From IMG/VR virus record IMGVR_UViG_3300035670_000019, positions 1 to 64,000 of that record: a DNA stretch of 64,000 nt, one strand, 5' to 3'. Position 1 is the first letter of the stretch; each line of letters begins with the position of its first letter. This document shows, in pieces, positions 48,601 to 57,442 of this stretch. This stretch comes from a virus. Both the position numbers and the translations under genes were made by a program. Under the pieces are notes generated by a model. The model made no database searches. It saw only the letters and a program-made list of their open reading frames with translations, and was not told the DNA's origin.

Positions 48601-50196
48601 GGTAGAAATGCTTCTCGAGCTAATAATTCAAACTTCATAGGATATTTAGCAGGCAATGAAGCCACAACTGCTAGTAATTCTAACTTTATAGGAAACAGTG
48701 CTGGTAACAATGCTGCAAACGCTAATAACTCAAACTTTTTAGGGGACTCAGCGGGTAGGAGTGCTACAAATGCCTCATACTCAAATTTTTTAGGTGTTAA
48801 TGCGGGCAATGAAGCCACAAATGCTCCATACTCAAACTTTTTAGGATCTGGCACAGGTCAATCATCTACAAACGCTAACAACTCAAACTTTTTAGGTTAT
48901 CGTGCTGGTTATCAAGCTACAGACGCTTCATACTCAAACTTTATAGGTAGACAAGCAGGTTACATTGCTCTTAATGCTCAATATTCTAACTTTATAGGAA
49001 ACAATGCTGGTAACAATGCTGCAAACGCTAATAACTCAAACTTTTTAGGTAACCAGGCTGGTATTTTAGCTGCTAATGCTTCCCACTCAAACTTTTTAGG
49101 TAACGAGGCTGGTTACCAAGCCGCTTCTGCCTCATATTCAACATTGATTGGTTATCAAGTTGGATACGCTACTCATCCTTCTATGAGTATAGGTTCTAAC
49201 AATATTATAGTAGGTACTAATATAACACTTCCAACAGGTAGTAAAAATTCAATTAATTTAGGAGGAATTATATTTGCCACAGGATCATATGCTAATACTA
49301 CATTTGCTACATTCTCAGGTTCAGCAGGCGGTAAAGTTGGTATCAATGTATACCCACCAGAGTATAATTTACATGTATCAGGAACAGTAGCATTTCCTAA
49401 CTTAACAAATTCATCGCAGATTAATCTTGTTGTTGTAGATACAGCTTCAGGACAATTATTTTACTTACCTACATCTTCAGTTGGAGGAGGAGGAGGTGGA
49501 GGTGATATAACAGCAGTTAATGCTGGAGATGGTTTAAGCGGAGGAGGTTCATCTGGAGATGTAACCTTATCATTAAATACAGGATCAACCCATTTTATAG
49601 ATGGAGTGTATGCTTTAACAGGAAGTTTATTAACAACATCTTCCTTTAATAACTGGACAGGATCAACCACTAGCCAATTTGCTGGAACTGCTTCATATGC
49701 TACTTTTGCTAGTGCCGCATATGCTGCTCCTTCTGATACTTATATTCAATTTAATAGTGGAGGATTATTTTCAGGATCACAAAACTTTATTTTTGATTAT
49801 ACTGCAAATCAAGTCATTGTGACTGGTTCTACAGTAACATTAGGCACTTCATCCATTGATGGTATAGCTTTAATAGGCACTTCCTCAGCGTATGCTTTAT
49901 ACACTACAGCTAAAATTACAACTGTAAGTGGTATTAACACTATTTATTCTTTACAAACAGCCTCATATGATGGAGCATTTTTTGATTATACATTAATATC
50001 AGGATTAAATGCTAGAGCAGGACAAATAATGTCTATATGGAGTGGTAGTGAAGTAAGATACACAGAAACAACAACAACAGATATAGGATCAACCTCTGAA
50101 TTTATATTTTCAGTAGCATTAACAGCAGGTTCTGCTTCACTACAAGTGACAGGATCTACAGGTGCAGTAATAAAAACAATAATAAAAAGTATATAA
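45622..50196 (+). CDS. Long modular fibre protein
   Basis: 1524 aa; TQIQFN modules, SSSYAL repeats, 17-aa SNF(I/L)G repeats, poly-Gly hinges. Confidence 0.75.
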   Translation: MAQVYLSQYSRRAAVADSTDSASYAATASYINPIRLDPIEDPNPTGLLYPTSTYLYQSASNTALGYDLYIRQDGNLVKWKWVEGMLNTGLLYGGVLSYSASSFLITSGAGLIVNHNAVTGSEISPIVEYVTWGPITQSIENIATFQNTFVYIDVSGSASQQNVFFSPDQYQEYIPIGRISHYDNVVTNGSNMNVQTAYDIDGQQSVFVRAFGPLKLTGIATSGQAGTLRLNIGSGRAFSLGQFYPYNPETPSTYDVSTYNTASIIKIYRDGAGEYVFDNNSGNYYTTITTNLYDDGTGTLAAVGNNEWTIQRVMVNPVTGRAHVYYGQNVYPTFDEAVADIFADEFVESDATAYSYVFSAYLVVKGLTSDLTDDTENKIVQAGLFRNIAGGGGAGGGGVPGGQDTQIQFNNNGVFDGEPEFTYNYTDSIVTLTGSMFVSGAISASYGPSTVGFYGTASWAVSASQAVSASYAFSASYALSSSRATTASYALTASFATTSSYASSSPNFANTDLVFTSNRKHDTNRYSYFIYSDLVGGDETDPFQGFGVSGSFHYFNTGSNVLGTAAGSTSTYTYIEITSQSIDLSFNADPAVPSSYTFTKNSASFSSSLTVTKSVYFPGLTSASRPNVVMIDTASGQLYYLDSSSLGGATADIAISSSGTGLTATVESINFAGAGVVATTVGNNVTVTIPGGAGVAGGANTQIQFNSGSEFSGSGNFSFNYDNNIVYLTGSMIVSGSTTLTGSMFVSGAISASFGPNTVGFFGTASWAQSASQAVSSSYSLSSSYALSASYALSSSYALSSSYALSSSYALSSSYALSSSYALSSSYTLSSSYSLSSSYALSSSYALSSSYALSASYSLSSSYALSASYSDTSSFSFTSSLAYTASFITASNVWGPFGSSSVASASFASSSVSASYATTAVTSSYPINVTGSTLYSVAPVSGIPNIPSADNSIFFGSESGLNAVSASYSNFIGTQAGREATTASYSNFIGNQAGRNASRANNSNFIGYLAGNEATTASNSNFIGNSAGNNAANANNSNFLGDSAGRSATNASYSNFLGVNAGNEATNAPYSNFLGSGTGQSSTNANNSNFLGYRAGYQATDASYSNFIGRQAGYIALNAQYSNFIGNNAGNNAANANNSNFLGNQAGILAANASHSNFLGNEAGYQAASASYSTLIGYQVGYATHPSMSIGSNNIIVGTNITLPTGSKNSINLGGIIFATGSYANTTFATFSGSAGGKVGINVYPPEYNLHVSGTVAFPNLTNSSQINLVVVDTASGQLFYLPTSSVGGGGGGGDITAVNAGDGLSGGGSSGDVTLSLNTGSTHFIDGVYALTGSLLTTSSFNNWTGSTTSQFAGTASYATFASAAYAAPSDTYIQFNSGGLFSGSQNFIFDYTANQVIVTGSTVTLGTSSIDGIALIGTSSAYALYTTAKITTVSGINTIYSLQTASYDGAFFDYTLISGLNARAGQIMSIWSGSEVRYTETTTTDIGSTSEFIFSVALTAGSASLQVTGSTGAVIKTIIKSI
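47947..48234 (+). repeat. 16 x 18-bp coding repeat (S[SA]SY[AST]L)
   Basis: Direct count from the translation. Confidence 0.9.
48475..49170 (+). repeat. About 14 x 51-bp coding repeat (SNF[IL]Gxx[AT]GxxAxxAxx), beta-solenoid-like
   Basis: 17-aa period in the translation. Confidence 0.85.
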
Positions 50197-50200
50197 CAAA

Positions 50201-50953
50201 ATGAGTATTTCAATAGGTGGAAAAATAGTAACAGATGGATTAGTAATACATTTAGATGCTTTAAACCCCAGATCATATCCTGGAAGTGGCACAGACTGGA
50301 TTGATTTAACTCTATATAATAATACAGGTAGTTTTTTAAATATTACCCCTACTGTAGCAAATGGTTATGCATCTTTTACTGGAGAAAACGATACTTCAAG
50401 GGTGTTTATAGATAACATTAATGAAATTACATCCACTACATATTATGTCACTGTTGATATGTGGGCTCGAATTAATAACCCACCATCATTCCCTGGAGAT
50501 ACCAGTGCTACAATGCTTTGTGGTTTTGGAGACCAATCCTCATATAGTGTACAAATAAGAGCTGCTAATGATTTTTTAGGTTTTACTACTGGAACAACTG
50601 ATATATATGGAATTGATACTGTAACTGAGCTAGGATTATTAGATAATTGGAAACACTATTGTTTTGTGATGATAGACACAGAACACACAGCCCTAACCGA
50701 AGATGATCAAAAAATATACATTAATGGACAATCTCAAGTTTTAAGCCAACAAGTTAACACCTTTGGCTCTAGTTACTTTAGTCTTAACCAACCAAATAGC
50801 TCATTCGGATTCCCAGGAAGAGCTTACACTAATGGTGGTATTGTTTTAACAAATATGGATATAGCTCTTGTAAAAGTCTACAATCGCGAACTTACCCAAG
50901 CAGAAGTAACTCAAAACTTTAACGCACATAAAGGAAGATTTAATATTTATTAA
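50201..50953 (+). CDS. LamG/concanavalin-like lectin domain virion protein
   Basis: IVTDGLVIHLDA..RSYPGSG..WIDL; WKHYCFV; KIYING; VKVYNRELTQAEV.QNFNA. Confidence 0.75.
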   Translation: MSISIGGKIVTDGLVIHLDALNPRSYPGSGTDWIDLTLYNNTGSFLNITPTVANGYASFTGENDTSRVFIDNINEITSTTYYVTVDMWARINNPPSFPGDTSATMLCGFGDQSSYSVQIRAANDFLGFTTGTTDIYGIDTVTELGLLDNWKHYCFVMIDTEHTALTEDDQKIYINGQSQVLSQQVNTFGSSYFSLNQPNSSFGFPGRAYTNGGIVLTNMDIALVKVYNRELTQAEVTQNFNAHKGRFNIY

Positions 50954-50986
50954 TAACAAATCTTGGATAGGGAAAAGATTTAAATT

Positions 50987-52096
50987 ATGGCAAATGAATT
51001 TGTAATAAAAAATGGATATTTCTCCCAAGGAAATTCCAATGTGACTGGATCGTTACAAGTAACTGGATCTGTAGGTGTTACTGGATCTGCTTCTATAACT
51101 GGTTCATTAACATCAATTGGTACATCAACATTTTCTGGTTCTGTTTTAATGACAGGATCATTAAACGCTATAGTATCTGGAGCTATAGATTTAACTGGTT
51201 TTATAACAGCCTCTAAAATCTTTATTACAAGTTCAAATGGAAACCAGTTGACTGTAATAGGATCTGGTTCAACTATAGCTCAAGTATATGGTTCTCAAGG
51301 TAATCTATTAACAGTAAATGATACTTTTTCTGGTTCTATATTCACAGTCACAGACATTTCTGGCTACCCAATATTAGATGTTACTTCTGATTATTATACT
51401 GGGTCTGTGTTTTTACCTATGATGCAATCACAATCACAACAGCATGTTGTGGTGTATGATTCTCAATCCGGATTGTTAACATACACACTAGCAGATGCTG
51501 TTGGTGGAGGTATATCTTTTCCTTATACTATAACTAGTAGTGCGGTAGTACCTATATTTAATGTGTCTGGAAGTTATTATTTTGAAATAGGTCGAGATGG
51601 ATCAGGTGAGAGGTTATTTAGAATGCAATATGATGAAGCTACTGGAGGTGGAGGCGTTGTTGTTGAAATGGGAGGAATTACAGCTGGTGATACTATTCTT
51701 ACTGTCAATCAAGCTTTACAAACTATTGATATTAATGCCCCCACAGCTAGTATTCAAGGTTTAACAAATGTAGCTCAAACTAATGTTGTGACAATTGACA
51801 CAGTTACAGGCCAATTATTTTATACAGCTTCATCAGCCATTGGGGGTGGAGGTCCAAGTACTTTTAATTCAACTTCTTCCGTTATTGGAGATGGAGCACT
51901 CACAACTTGGGATATCAATCATGGTTTTAATACAAGAAATTTACACATAACAGTCTATGAAAGTAGTTCAAATGGAGTAACAGGTAATGGTGAAACAGTT
52001 TACCCTGATATAAGAAGAATTAATGAAAATACAGCAAGTATTGTATTTGCTAACCCACCAACATCATTACAGTATATAGTTTATGTATCACAATAA
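50987..52096 (+). CDS. Fibre/adhesin-like virion protein
   Basis: VTGS repeats, IDTVTGQLFY module shared with the other fibres, C-terminal INHGFNTR domain. Confidence 0.65.
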   Translation: MANEFVIKNGYFSQGNSNVTGSLQVTGSVGVTGSASITGSLTSIGTSTFSGSVLMTGSLNAIVSGAIDLTGFITASKIFITSSNGNQLTVIGSGSTIAQVYGSQGNLLTVNDTFSGSIFTVTDISGYPILDVTSDYYTGSVFLPMMQSQSQQHVVVYDSQSGLLTYTLADAVGGGISFPYTITSSAVVPIFNVSGSYYFEIGRDGSGERLFRMQYDEATGGGGVVVEMGGITAGDTILTVNQALQTIDINAPTASIQGLTNVAQTNVVTIDTVTGQLFYTASSAIGGGGPSTFNSTSSVIGDGALTTWDINHGFNTRNLHITVYESSSNGVTGNGETVYPDIRRINENTASIVFANPPTSLQYIVYVSQ

Positions 52097-52239
52097 TGGC
52101 AAAGTTTTTAACTGAAATACAATTTGTATCCACAAGCTCAATGGAAACACCAGAGCCTGGATTTGTAACAGTATATATGAATACTAATGGATATTTATAC
52201 GCAAAATTTCCTAATGGGGAACAAGCTAGGTTAAGTTAA
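52096..52239 (+). CDS. 47-aa protein similar to the N-termini of the two downstream Gly-rich proteins; missing from the ORF track
   Basis: MAKFLTEIQFVSTSSMETPEPGFVTVYMNTNGYLYAKFPNGEQARLS; TAATG coupling to the upstream gene. Confidence 0.6.
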   Translation: MAKFLTEIQFVSTSSMETPEPGFVTVYMNTNGYLYAKFPNGEQARLS

Positions 52240-52245
52240 TATGTT

Positions 52246-53376
52246 ATGAGTAAAATATTAAAAAGTTTACAATTTGTGACTCAATCTGCTTCACCAAGTA
52301 CTCCTAGTGCTGGTACTGGGGCTTTATTTGGCAGTGGTAGTAGCTTTTATTTTGAAAACTCTTCTGGTACAGTATTTGATTTAGCTGCTTCTAATGGTTA
52401 TATTGTTACTAGATCATATACTGGTTCAACCACAGGAGTAGATGTTCCTTACACTTGGAGTAAATCACCTAGTTTAAAATTTTTAGAAATTTGTTGTGTT
52501 GGGGGTGGAGGTGGTGGTGGTGGTGGTCGATCAATAGCTATTAATAATCAACAAGTAACAACAGGAGGTGGTGGGGGTGCTATAGCATATCTTTGGTTAG
52601 AAGCCTCACAATTAAGCTCTTCTCCATATGTTATCACTGTTGGTAGAGGAGGCACTCCTGGAGCCGCCCGGGTTAGTACTGGAACAGCATTAACAAGTAA
52701 TACCGGGTCACGTGGTGGAAACACATCATTTGGTTCATTGGTAGTAGCTGAAGGAGGACAAGGTGGGCAAAGCACAACATTTGCTTCAGGTGGATTAGCC
52801 ATTAATTGTGTACCTTCTAGTGGACCATGGATAATATCCGGAGTCCCATCTGGCCCAGCTGGAGGGACAAATGCTACTACTAATCGAAGTCAAGATGTTT
52901 TTGATCCTCTTGGTGTTTCAACATTAGTTTCTACTGTTACACGAAATTCAATTATATTTTATGGACAAGGTGGCGCAGCGGGTGGTAGTGGGGGAGGTAG
53001 AGATTCAGTAGTAGGATTGTTCGCTGGAAGAACAGGATCAGGAATAGACTCTACAGTAATTGCTGGTGGTTACCCGGGTCCAACTCCTGGATCTTCTGGG
53101 ACTGTTGGTGGTAATGGTGGAAATGGAGTTAATAATGTATTAACCTCATTATTATTGTTATCTGGATCAAATTTTGGATATGGTTTAGGTACAGGTGGAT
53201 CTGGAGGAGGAAGTGGAACAACACAAGGAGGTAATGGAGGAAATGGAGGATACTACGGAGCCGGAGGAGGAGGTGGAGGCCTACTATTTGGATTAGGCTC
53301 AGCATCCTTTCCCTCATCATCAGGAGCAGGAGGTTCTGGATCTTCAGGATTATGTTTATTAATTGAATATTATTAG
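52246..53376 (+). CDS. Glycine-rich virion/fibre tip protein
   Basis: VGGGGGGGGG, ITVGRGG, GNTSFG, GAGGGGG, terminal LIEYY. Confidence 0.7.
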   Translation: MSKILKSLQFVTQSASPSTPSAGTGALFGSGSSFYFENSSGTVFDLAASNGYIVTRSYTGSTTGVDVPYTWSKSPSLKFLEICCVGGGGGGGGGRSIAINNQQVTTGGGGGAIAYLWLEASQLSSSPYVITVGRGGTPGAARVSTGTALTSNTGSRGGNTSFGSLVVAEGGQGGQSTTFASGGLAINCVPSSGPWIISGVPSGPAGGTNATTNRSQDVFDPLGVSTLVSTVTRNSIIFYGQGGAAGGSGGGRDSVVGLFAGRTGSGIDSTVIAGGYPGPTPGSSGTVGGNGGNGVNNVLTSLLLLSGSNFGYGLGTGGSGGGSGTTQGGNGGNGGYYGAGGGGGGLLFGLGSASFPSSSGAGGSGSSGLCLLIEYY

Positions 53377-53390
53377 AGGAATATTTTTAT

Positions 53391-54503
53391 ATGTCTAAAT
53401 TACTAAACACTACATTTTTAGTTACAATGTCATTCGCTACACCAGAAGGTGTAGGTTATGGTAGTTTATATGCTAGTAGTAGTAAAATTTACTTTACTTC
53501 TTCTTTAGGTAATTTCGATTTGACTGATGCTAAGGGTTATATTCTTATTAGAGAATATGTTTCTAACACAATATGGAGTCCACCTGCTAATGTAAAATAT
53601 GTACGTTTATTAGCAGTTGGAGGCGGAGGTGGAGGAGGTGGTGGTTCTAAACGACTCAGCTCACTTTCAGCTAATTCACCTGGAGGAGGAGGAGGAAGTG
53701 GGGGAATAATGGTTAATTATATGTACCCCGCTTCAGCATTCACTAGACCTGAATATAATGTAACTATAGGAGGTGGTGGTAATTCTGGCTCTGGTAATAC
53801 AAACGCAGCTGGTGGAAGTGGTACTAATGGTGTTAATGGTGGTATCACTGGTTTAACTAGTGGTAGTATTGTAATGATTCGAGCTGCTGGTGGTATTTTA
53901 GGACAAGGTGGTGTTAATAATGGAGCATCTATACCTGGGGGGGTATCTGTTATCGGGTCAACATTTCCCTCGTCTTTACCATACGCTCGTTTTAGTGTAA
54001 ATGGAGGATATGTACAAAGTTATGTTGGATTTAATGCTAATTTAAGCTCTACTATAGAACTAGTATCAACACATGCTTTAAATGGCCTACGTGGTACTGC
54101 GGGTGCAGGAGGAGGAGGTGGCTTTACCACCTCAACAACATTAACCCGTGGAGGATCTGGTTCTGGAGTATTTGTTAATAATACTGTTTTAAATGCTAGT
54201 GCTCCTGGAGCTACAGGCACAGGCAATGCAGGTACTGATGGAGTCAATGATGTATTAGACATTATGACTTTATTTTTTACTTCTGGTAGTAGTAATATCA
54301 CATCATCTTATGGATTTGGAAGTGGTGGAGGTGGTGGTGCTGGAGGAAATTTAAGTGGTACTATTGGAGGAGGCAAGGGAGGAAATGGAGGTACAATTGG
54401 AGCAGGAGGTGGAGGTGGTGGAGCTTGTAATACTGGTTCATTGGCAGCTGGAAATGGAGGACGTGGTGGGGATGGTTATTTAGCTATAATAGAATATTAT
54501 TAA
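53391..54503 (+). CDS. Glycine-rich virion/fibre tip protein, paralog
   Basis: Same architecture, ends AIIEYY. Confidence 0.7.
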   Translation: MSKLLNTTFLVTMSFATPEGVGYGSLYASSSKIYFTSSLGNFDLTDAKGYILIREYVSNTIWSPPANVKYVRLLAVGGGGGGGGGSKRLSSLSANSPGGGGGSGGIMVNYMYPASAFTRPEYNVTIGGGGNSGSGNTNAAGGSGTNGVNGGITGLTSGSIVMIRAAGGILGQGGVNNGASIPGGVSVIGSTFPSSLPYARFSVNGGYVQSYVGFNANLSSTIELVSTHALNGLRGTAGAGGGGGFTTSTTLTRGGSGSGVFVNNTVLNASAPGATGTGNAGTDGVNDVLDIMTLFFTSGSSNITSSYGFGSGGGGGAGGNLSGTIGGGKGGNGGTIGAGGGGGGACNTGSLAAGNGGRGGDGYLAIIEYY

Positions 54504-54524
54504 TAAAAAAATAATTTTTAACAA

Positions 54525-54740
54525 ATGGAAAAACGATATTGGTTTGTAATAAAAGATAACTATGTTATTGATTATGTTATATGGGATGGTGTGACGTCCT
54601 GGAATTATCCATATCCTTATGATTCTTTAAAAGAAGACACTACATATATGCCTGGTGTTGGTGATTGGTATGAAGCATCAGAAGATATTTTTTACCGCCC
54701 ACTAGGAAAGACACCCCCAGATTTTCCAGGAAATCCTTAA
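54525..54740 (+). CDS. Small fibre-associated protein
   Basis: VIWDG...GVGDWY...FY.P; follows the Gly-rich genes. Confidence 0.55.
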   Translation: MEKRYWFVIKDNYVIDYVIWDGVTSWNYPYPYDSLKEDTTYMPGVGDWYEASEDIFYRPLGKTPPDFPGNP

Positions 54741-54756
54741 ATATTTATAATAAATT

Positions 54757-55011
54757 ATGAAAATGGAAACAAAAGTTTTAACCCAAGAAGAGATTACACA
54801 ATTAAAAGCAGTTCAACAAGAACGATATTCTTTAGTAGATAAATTTGGTACTATTGAAATCCAATTCCAAGAATTAGAATCTACTAAACAGAAACTAAAA
54901 CTTGAATACGAAAAACTAAAACAAAAAGAAGAAGTTTTAGGAAAACAGTTACAAGCAAAATATGGTGATGGTACTATCAATTTGGAGAAAGGAGAATTTG
55001 TAAGCGCCTAG
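54757..55011 (+). CDS. Small coiled-coil protein
   Basis: Coiled coil ending KYGDGTINLEKGEF; late promoter at 54741. Confidence 0.6.
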   Translation: MKMETKVLTQEEITQLKAVQQERYSLVDKFGTIEIQFQELESTKQKLKLEYEKLKQKEEVLGKQLQAKYGDGTINLEKGEFVSA

Positions 55012-55080
55012 TTTTTCGAATCACTTTAGGATATTTATCATCAAACCCCAATTAAAAAACAATTTAATTAAACAAATAAC

Positions 55081-56799
55081 ATGGCAGAAATTTTATTATC
55101 CCCCGGTGTTTTATCTAGAGAGATAGATACCTCATTTATAGCAGAACAACCACCACAGATTGGTGCTGCTATCATAGGCCCAACTGTTAAAGGCCCTGTT
55201 GGTATTCCTGTAACTGTTACATCTTATACTGATTTCACTAGTTATTTTGGTGAAACTGAAGTTATAGCCGGTACTGGATCATTTTCATATTTCACTTCTA
55301 TAGCAGCTTACAATTACTTCCAAAACGGAGGTGAAACATTATTAGTGACTCGTGTAGTATCTGGTTCTTACACTTCAGCTACAGCTTCAGTTTATGGTAG
55401 TGGTTCATCAACTTCTGATATAGCATTTACTTTGGAAACTATTTCTCAAGGTGCTAATATGAATGCTACAGGTAGTATGGATGCTAATGGAGCATTAGCA
55501 ACAGCTTCAATTCATAGTGTTCGTTTCCAAATTGTAGCTCCAAATACTGCTTCTGGTACGTTTAACCTATATATTCGCAGAGGAGATGATGATAACAGAA
55601 ACCCAGCTATTTTAGAAACATATACTGGATTATCATTAGATCCATTATCTGAAAATTATGTAGCTAGAAGAATTGGTGACTATAAATTCACTCAAACAAC
55701 TTTAGATGGTGAAGCTACATTGCAAATTACGGGTACTTATCCTAACAAATCAAGATATGTAAGAGTAGGTACAGTTAATAAACCAACCCCTCAATACTTA
55801 GTAGGTGGTGTTGCTAATTCAGCTTACACATCTTCTATCCCAGTAACTACAGGTCTTAATGGTACTGGTTCATTTGGTAGTGCTGTAGGACAATTAGTAG
55901 CAGGTGCTAAGTTCTATAATGATATCACTGTTGATAATATTCAAGGTGTAAGCGCTAGTGCTTATACAGCTTCTATTAACTTACTAGCTAGTGCTAATGA
56001 CTATCAATTTAATGTATTAATAACTCCTGGTCTAAATTACACAGACCATGAAGATACAATGAGTTTAGCTCTTACTAATACTGAAAACAGAGGCGATAGT
56101 GTTTACGTAATGGATTTAGGTGATTATAGTGCTTCAGCTAGCCAAGTTATTGAAACAGCTATTGATATTGATTCATCATATGGTGCCGCTTATTACCCAT
56201 GGTTACAAACACTTGATCCAGCCACTAACCAATATGTTTGGGTTCCAGCTTCAGTAATGATCCCAGGTGTTTATGCTTATAATGATAGTGTAGCTGAGCC
56301 ATGGTTCGCTCCAGCAGGTATCAACAGAGGTGGATTAAGCACTGTAATTAGAGCTGCTTCTAAATTATCTCAAAACACTCGTGATAACTTATATCAAGGT
56401 AAAGTTAACCCAATCGCTACATTCCCAGGACAAGGTGTTGTAGTATACGGTCAGAAAACCTTACAAACTAAAGCTTCTGCTCTTGATCGTATCAACGTTC
56501 GTCGTTTGATGATTGCTCTTAAGAGATATATTGGTCAAATTGCTAATGGATTAGTATTCCAACAGAACAACGCTGCTACAAGAAACGGTTTCTTAGCTCA
56601 AGTAAACCCATATCTTGAATCAGTTCAGCAAAGACAAGGTTTGTATGCGTTTAAAGTAGTAATGGATGACTCTATTAACAACGCCGCTGTAATTGACAGA
56701 AACGAGTTAGTAGGTCAAATTTACTTACAACCAACCAAGACAGCTGAATTTATTTACTTGAACTTCACCCTTACTCCAACAGGTGCTGTTTTCCCATAA
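55081..56799 (+). CDS. gp18: Contractile tail sheath protein
   Basis: SPGVLSREID, GPTVKGP, EPWFAPAGINRG, GQKTLQ, LDRINVRRL, PTKTAEFI. Confidence 0.95.
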   Translation: MAEILLSPGVLSREIDTSFIAEQPPQIGAAIIGPTVKGPVGIPVTVTSYTDFTSYFGETEVIAGTGSFSYFTSIAAYNYFQNGGETLLVTRVVSGSYTSATASVYGSGSSTSDIAFTLETISQGANMNATGSMDANGALATASIHSVRFQIVAPNTASGTFNLYIRRGDDDNRNPAILETYTGLSLDPLSENYVARRIGDYKFTQTTLDGEATLQITGTYPNKSRYVRVGTVNKPTPQYLVGGVANSAYTSSIPVTTGLNGTGSFGSAVGQLVAGAKFYNDITVDNIQGVSASAYTASINLLASANDYQFNVLITPGLNYTDHEDTMSLALTNTENRGDSVYVMDLGDYSASASQVIETAIDIDSSYGAAYYPWLQTLDPATNQYVWVPASVMIPGVYAYNDSVAEPWFAPAGINRGGLSTVIRAASKLSQNTRDNLYQGKVNPIATFPGQGVVVYGQKTLQTKASALDRINVRRLMIALKRYIGQIANGLVFQQNNAATRNGFLAQVNPYLESVQQRQGLYAFKVVMDDSINNAAVIDRNELVGQIYLQPTKTAEFIYLNFTLTPTGAVFP

Positions 56800-56849
56800 T
56801 AAAAAGTTAACTGTTTAAATATTTATTAACAAATAAAAACTAAAAGAAA

Positions 56850-57338
56850 ATGGCAATTATAGACGCAAATGAAATGTTTTTTACAGCGTTTGAACCAAAA
56901 CAGGCTAACCGATTTATCCTGTACGCTGATGGAATACCAACATGGATGATTAAAGGAGTAAGTGCAGTGAACTTAACTCAAGGTGAAGTAATATTAAACC
57001 ACATTAACGTTTTACGTAAAGTAAAAGGTAAAACAGTTTGGGGTGATGTTACTATGACACTTCATGATCCGATTTCACCATCAGGTGCTCAAACAATCAT
57101 GGAATGGGTTCGCTTATCACACGAATCAGTAACAGGTAGAGATGGATACTCAGACTTCTATAAGAAGGATTTAGTTATCAATGCTCTTGGTCCTGTAGGT
57201 GACGTGGTAGCAGAATGGGTACTTAAAGGCGCATTTGTAAAAGATGCTAACTTTGGTGAATATAACTGGGATACTGAAAATACCGCTATAAACATCACAA
57301 TGACATTAGCAATTGACTACGCCGTGTTAAACTACTAA
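56850..57338 (+). CDS. gp19: Tail tube protein
   Basis: EPKQANRF, KVKGKTVWGDVTMTLHD, EWVLKGAF; follows the sheath gene. Confidence 0.88.
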   Translation: MAIIDANEMFFTAFEPKQANRFILYADGIPTWMIKGVSAVNLTQGEVILNHINVLRKVKGKTVWGDVTMTLHDPISPSGAQTIMEWVRLSHESVTGRDGYSDFYKKDLVINALGPVGDVVAEWVLKGAFVKDANFGEYNWDTENTAINITMTLAIDYAVLNY

Positions 57339-57360
57339 AAGTTAAACCCAATAACTATAA

Positions 57361-57393
57361 AAAGAGCTCGCATTTTTTGCGAGCTTCTTTTTT
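57361..57393 (+). terminator. Intrinsic terminator
   Basis: AGCTCGCA-ttttt-TGCGAGCT followed by a T-rich tract. Confidence 0.7.
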
Positions 57394-57442
57394 CTTTATA
57401 TATTTATATACAACAAATAAAATGTTATAACAAAAATTATCT

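Noticed and set aside
47947-49170. CRISPR-like or DGR-like repeats
   Set aside because: The repeats are in-frame coding units without unique spacers; no adenine-specific template/variable pair or reverse transcriptase was seen.
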